Shown here piece by piece: positions 62,684 to 63,431 of a DNA stretch of 63,431 nucleotides. Positions within the stretch are counted from its first letter, which is position 1. Every line of letters starts with the position of its first letter. The notes under the pieces are model-generated. The model was not told the DNA's origin. It was given only the letters and a program-made list of their open reading frames with translations, and made no database searches. Position numbers and translations under genes: made by a program. The stretch comes from Deltaproteobacteria bacterium (GTDB taxonomy: Bacteria > Desulfobacterota > Binatia > Bin18), in contig SHZE01000004.1 of NCBI GenBank assembly GCA_009692435.1, positions 1-63,431 of the forward strand, given 5' to 3'.

Positions 62684-62848
62684 ATTGTCGATCTCCAATG
62701 ATTCTGTTCCTGAACGACCCATCGGCCTATTGCGTTCATTCTTTAGACATTATCGGAAATAACAATTTGACACTGAAAATACAGGGGAAATTCCTACTAA
62801 AACTCTTATTCCCGATAATGTCTTTTAAACGCATGTTCCGACGACTTC

Positions 62849-62890
62849 AAAAAAGCGGGGGGCACCGTGTGAGTACCCCCCGCTTTTTTT
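62849..62890. terminator. Bidirectional intrinsic terminator downstream of the pilin gene
   Basis: AAAAAAGCGGGGGG...CCCCCCGCTTTTTTT. Confidence 0.85.
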
Positions 62891-62911
62891 GACTACTAAA
62901 GGTCCTAACTC

Positions 62912-63262
62912 TTACCAGCTGTACGTGCCAGCCGTTTGATCATAAGTGAAGAGAACCTTTGGACATCCGGCTGTGCTAGCTCCGGTAACGCCGCCAGAGC
63001 CATCAGGCTGCATGTTGGAGGTAATCGTGTTTGGATTGCCGTGGTGGATAGTTTCAAATATCGTGGTGTTGTCATATGCTTGGGTAACAGTGAAAATCCC
63101 TTCTTGAGCGAGTACCGTGTTCTTCACATCTGCCTCAACGCTGGCGCAGAACGTGTTCGTACGATATGCGGCAAACTGCGGGATGGCGATCGCGGCCAAG
63201 ATGCCGATGATGGCCACCACGACTAGCAGCTCAATGAGAGTGAATCCTTTTTGTTTTGTCAT
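62912..63262 (-). CDS. pilA: Type IVa major pilin (110-aa mature protein)
   Basis: MTKQKG|FTLIELLVVVAIIGILAAIAIPQF: class III signal peptide with Glu5; SD AAGGA. Confidence 0.92.
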   Translation of the reverse strand: MTKQKGFTLIELLVVVAIIGILAAIAIPQFAAYRTNTFCASVEADVKNTVLAQEGIFTVTQAYDNTTIFETIHHGNPNTITSNMQPDGSGGVTGASTAGCPKVLFTYDQTAGTYSW

Positions 63263-63289
63263 TGTGCGGTTCCTTTTTTGTCTTACTCG

Positions 63290-63431
63290 CTCACCTTACG
63301 CGGCGCCTCCGAGTGCAGGCGAGAGGGTCTGTAAGGTAGCGAAAGCGGAGCGGAGCGCATTGACGTAGAGTTTAGACTTGCGGGCGAAATGGTTGAGCTT
63401 GGTCTTCATCTTCAAGCGTTCCAATTTGACG
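63290..63431 (-). mobile_element. Right (3') end of an IS701-like element; transposase C-terminus 63431..63296
   Basis: VKLERLKMKTKLNHFARKSKLYVNALRSAF...AA* resembles the IS701-type transposase C-terminus (from recall); it ends in CTCACCTTACGCG, the inverted partner of 133..145. Confidence 0.65.

Noticed and set aside
1-63431. A 63-kb composite transposon bounded by the IS701-like copies
   Set aside because: The interval holds essential single-copy genes (rpmE, prfA, murA, dxr). Contig breakage at a repeat is simpler, and the outer IS ends are not visible.
63296-63431. Ribosomal protein S20 fragment at the right edge
   Set aside because: Although basic, the sequence fits an IS701-type transposase C-terminus better and ends in the IS terminal repeat.

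Overview
GC-rich bacterial chromosomal segment. Gene content and order (prfA-prmC-murA-his, Geobacter-like pilin, STAND adenylate cyclases, many CoA-transferases) suggest a deltaproteobacterial / Binatia-like organism; this is an inference. Both ends lie in copies of one IS701-like element (~140 nt each), so the window is probably a whole short-read contig. Core genes: rpmE, prfA, prmC, murA, a fragmented his operon (hisD, B, H, A, F), amtB with a sigma54 promoter, shc-yjbQ-dxr-hpnD, ribBX, hslO and a type IV pilin. Accessory content: a nested IS stack at the left end, a 12.5-kb island splitting hisB from hisH, five complete toxin-antitoxin pairs plus orphan antitoxins, two STAND cyclases plus relics, a DMFase-like cluster, and a thiolase/OB-fold/CoA-transferase operon. 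The strongest signals are: (1) a pervasive system of 7-bp tandem repeat arrays that brackets a four-helix-bundle (IVP/Avd-like) gene as inverted arrays, recurs as empty arrays at gene junctions, and is translated in-frame inside HisF, PrmC, HisH and a cyclase; (2) all three toxins in the his-splitting island carry an insertion (most simply +1 nt) within their first ~13 codons while their antitoxins are intact; (3) a pilin with aromatic residues at all six Geobacter e-pilin positions. No rRNA, tRNA, CRISPR array, integrase or reverse transcriptase was recognised. All calls are from reading the sequence; no database search was run.
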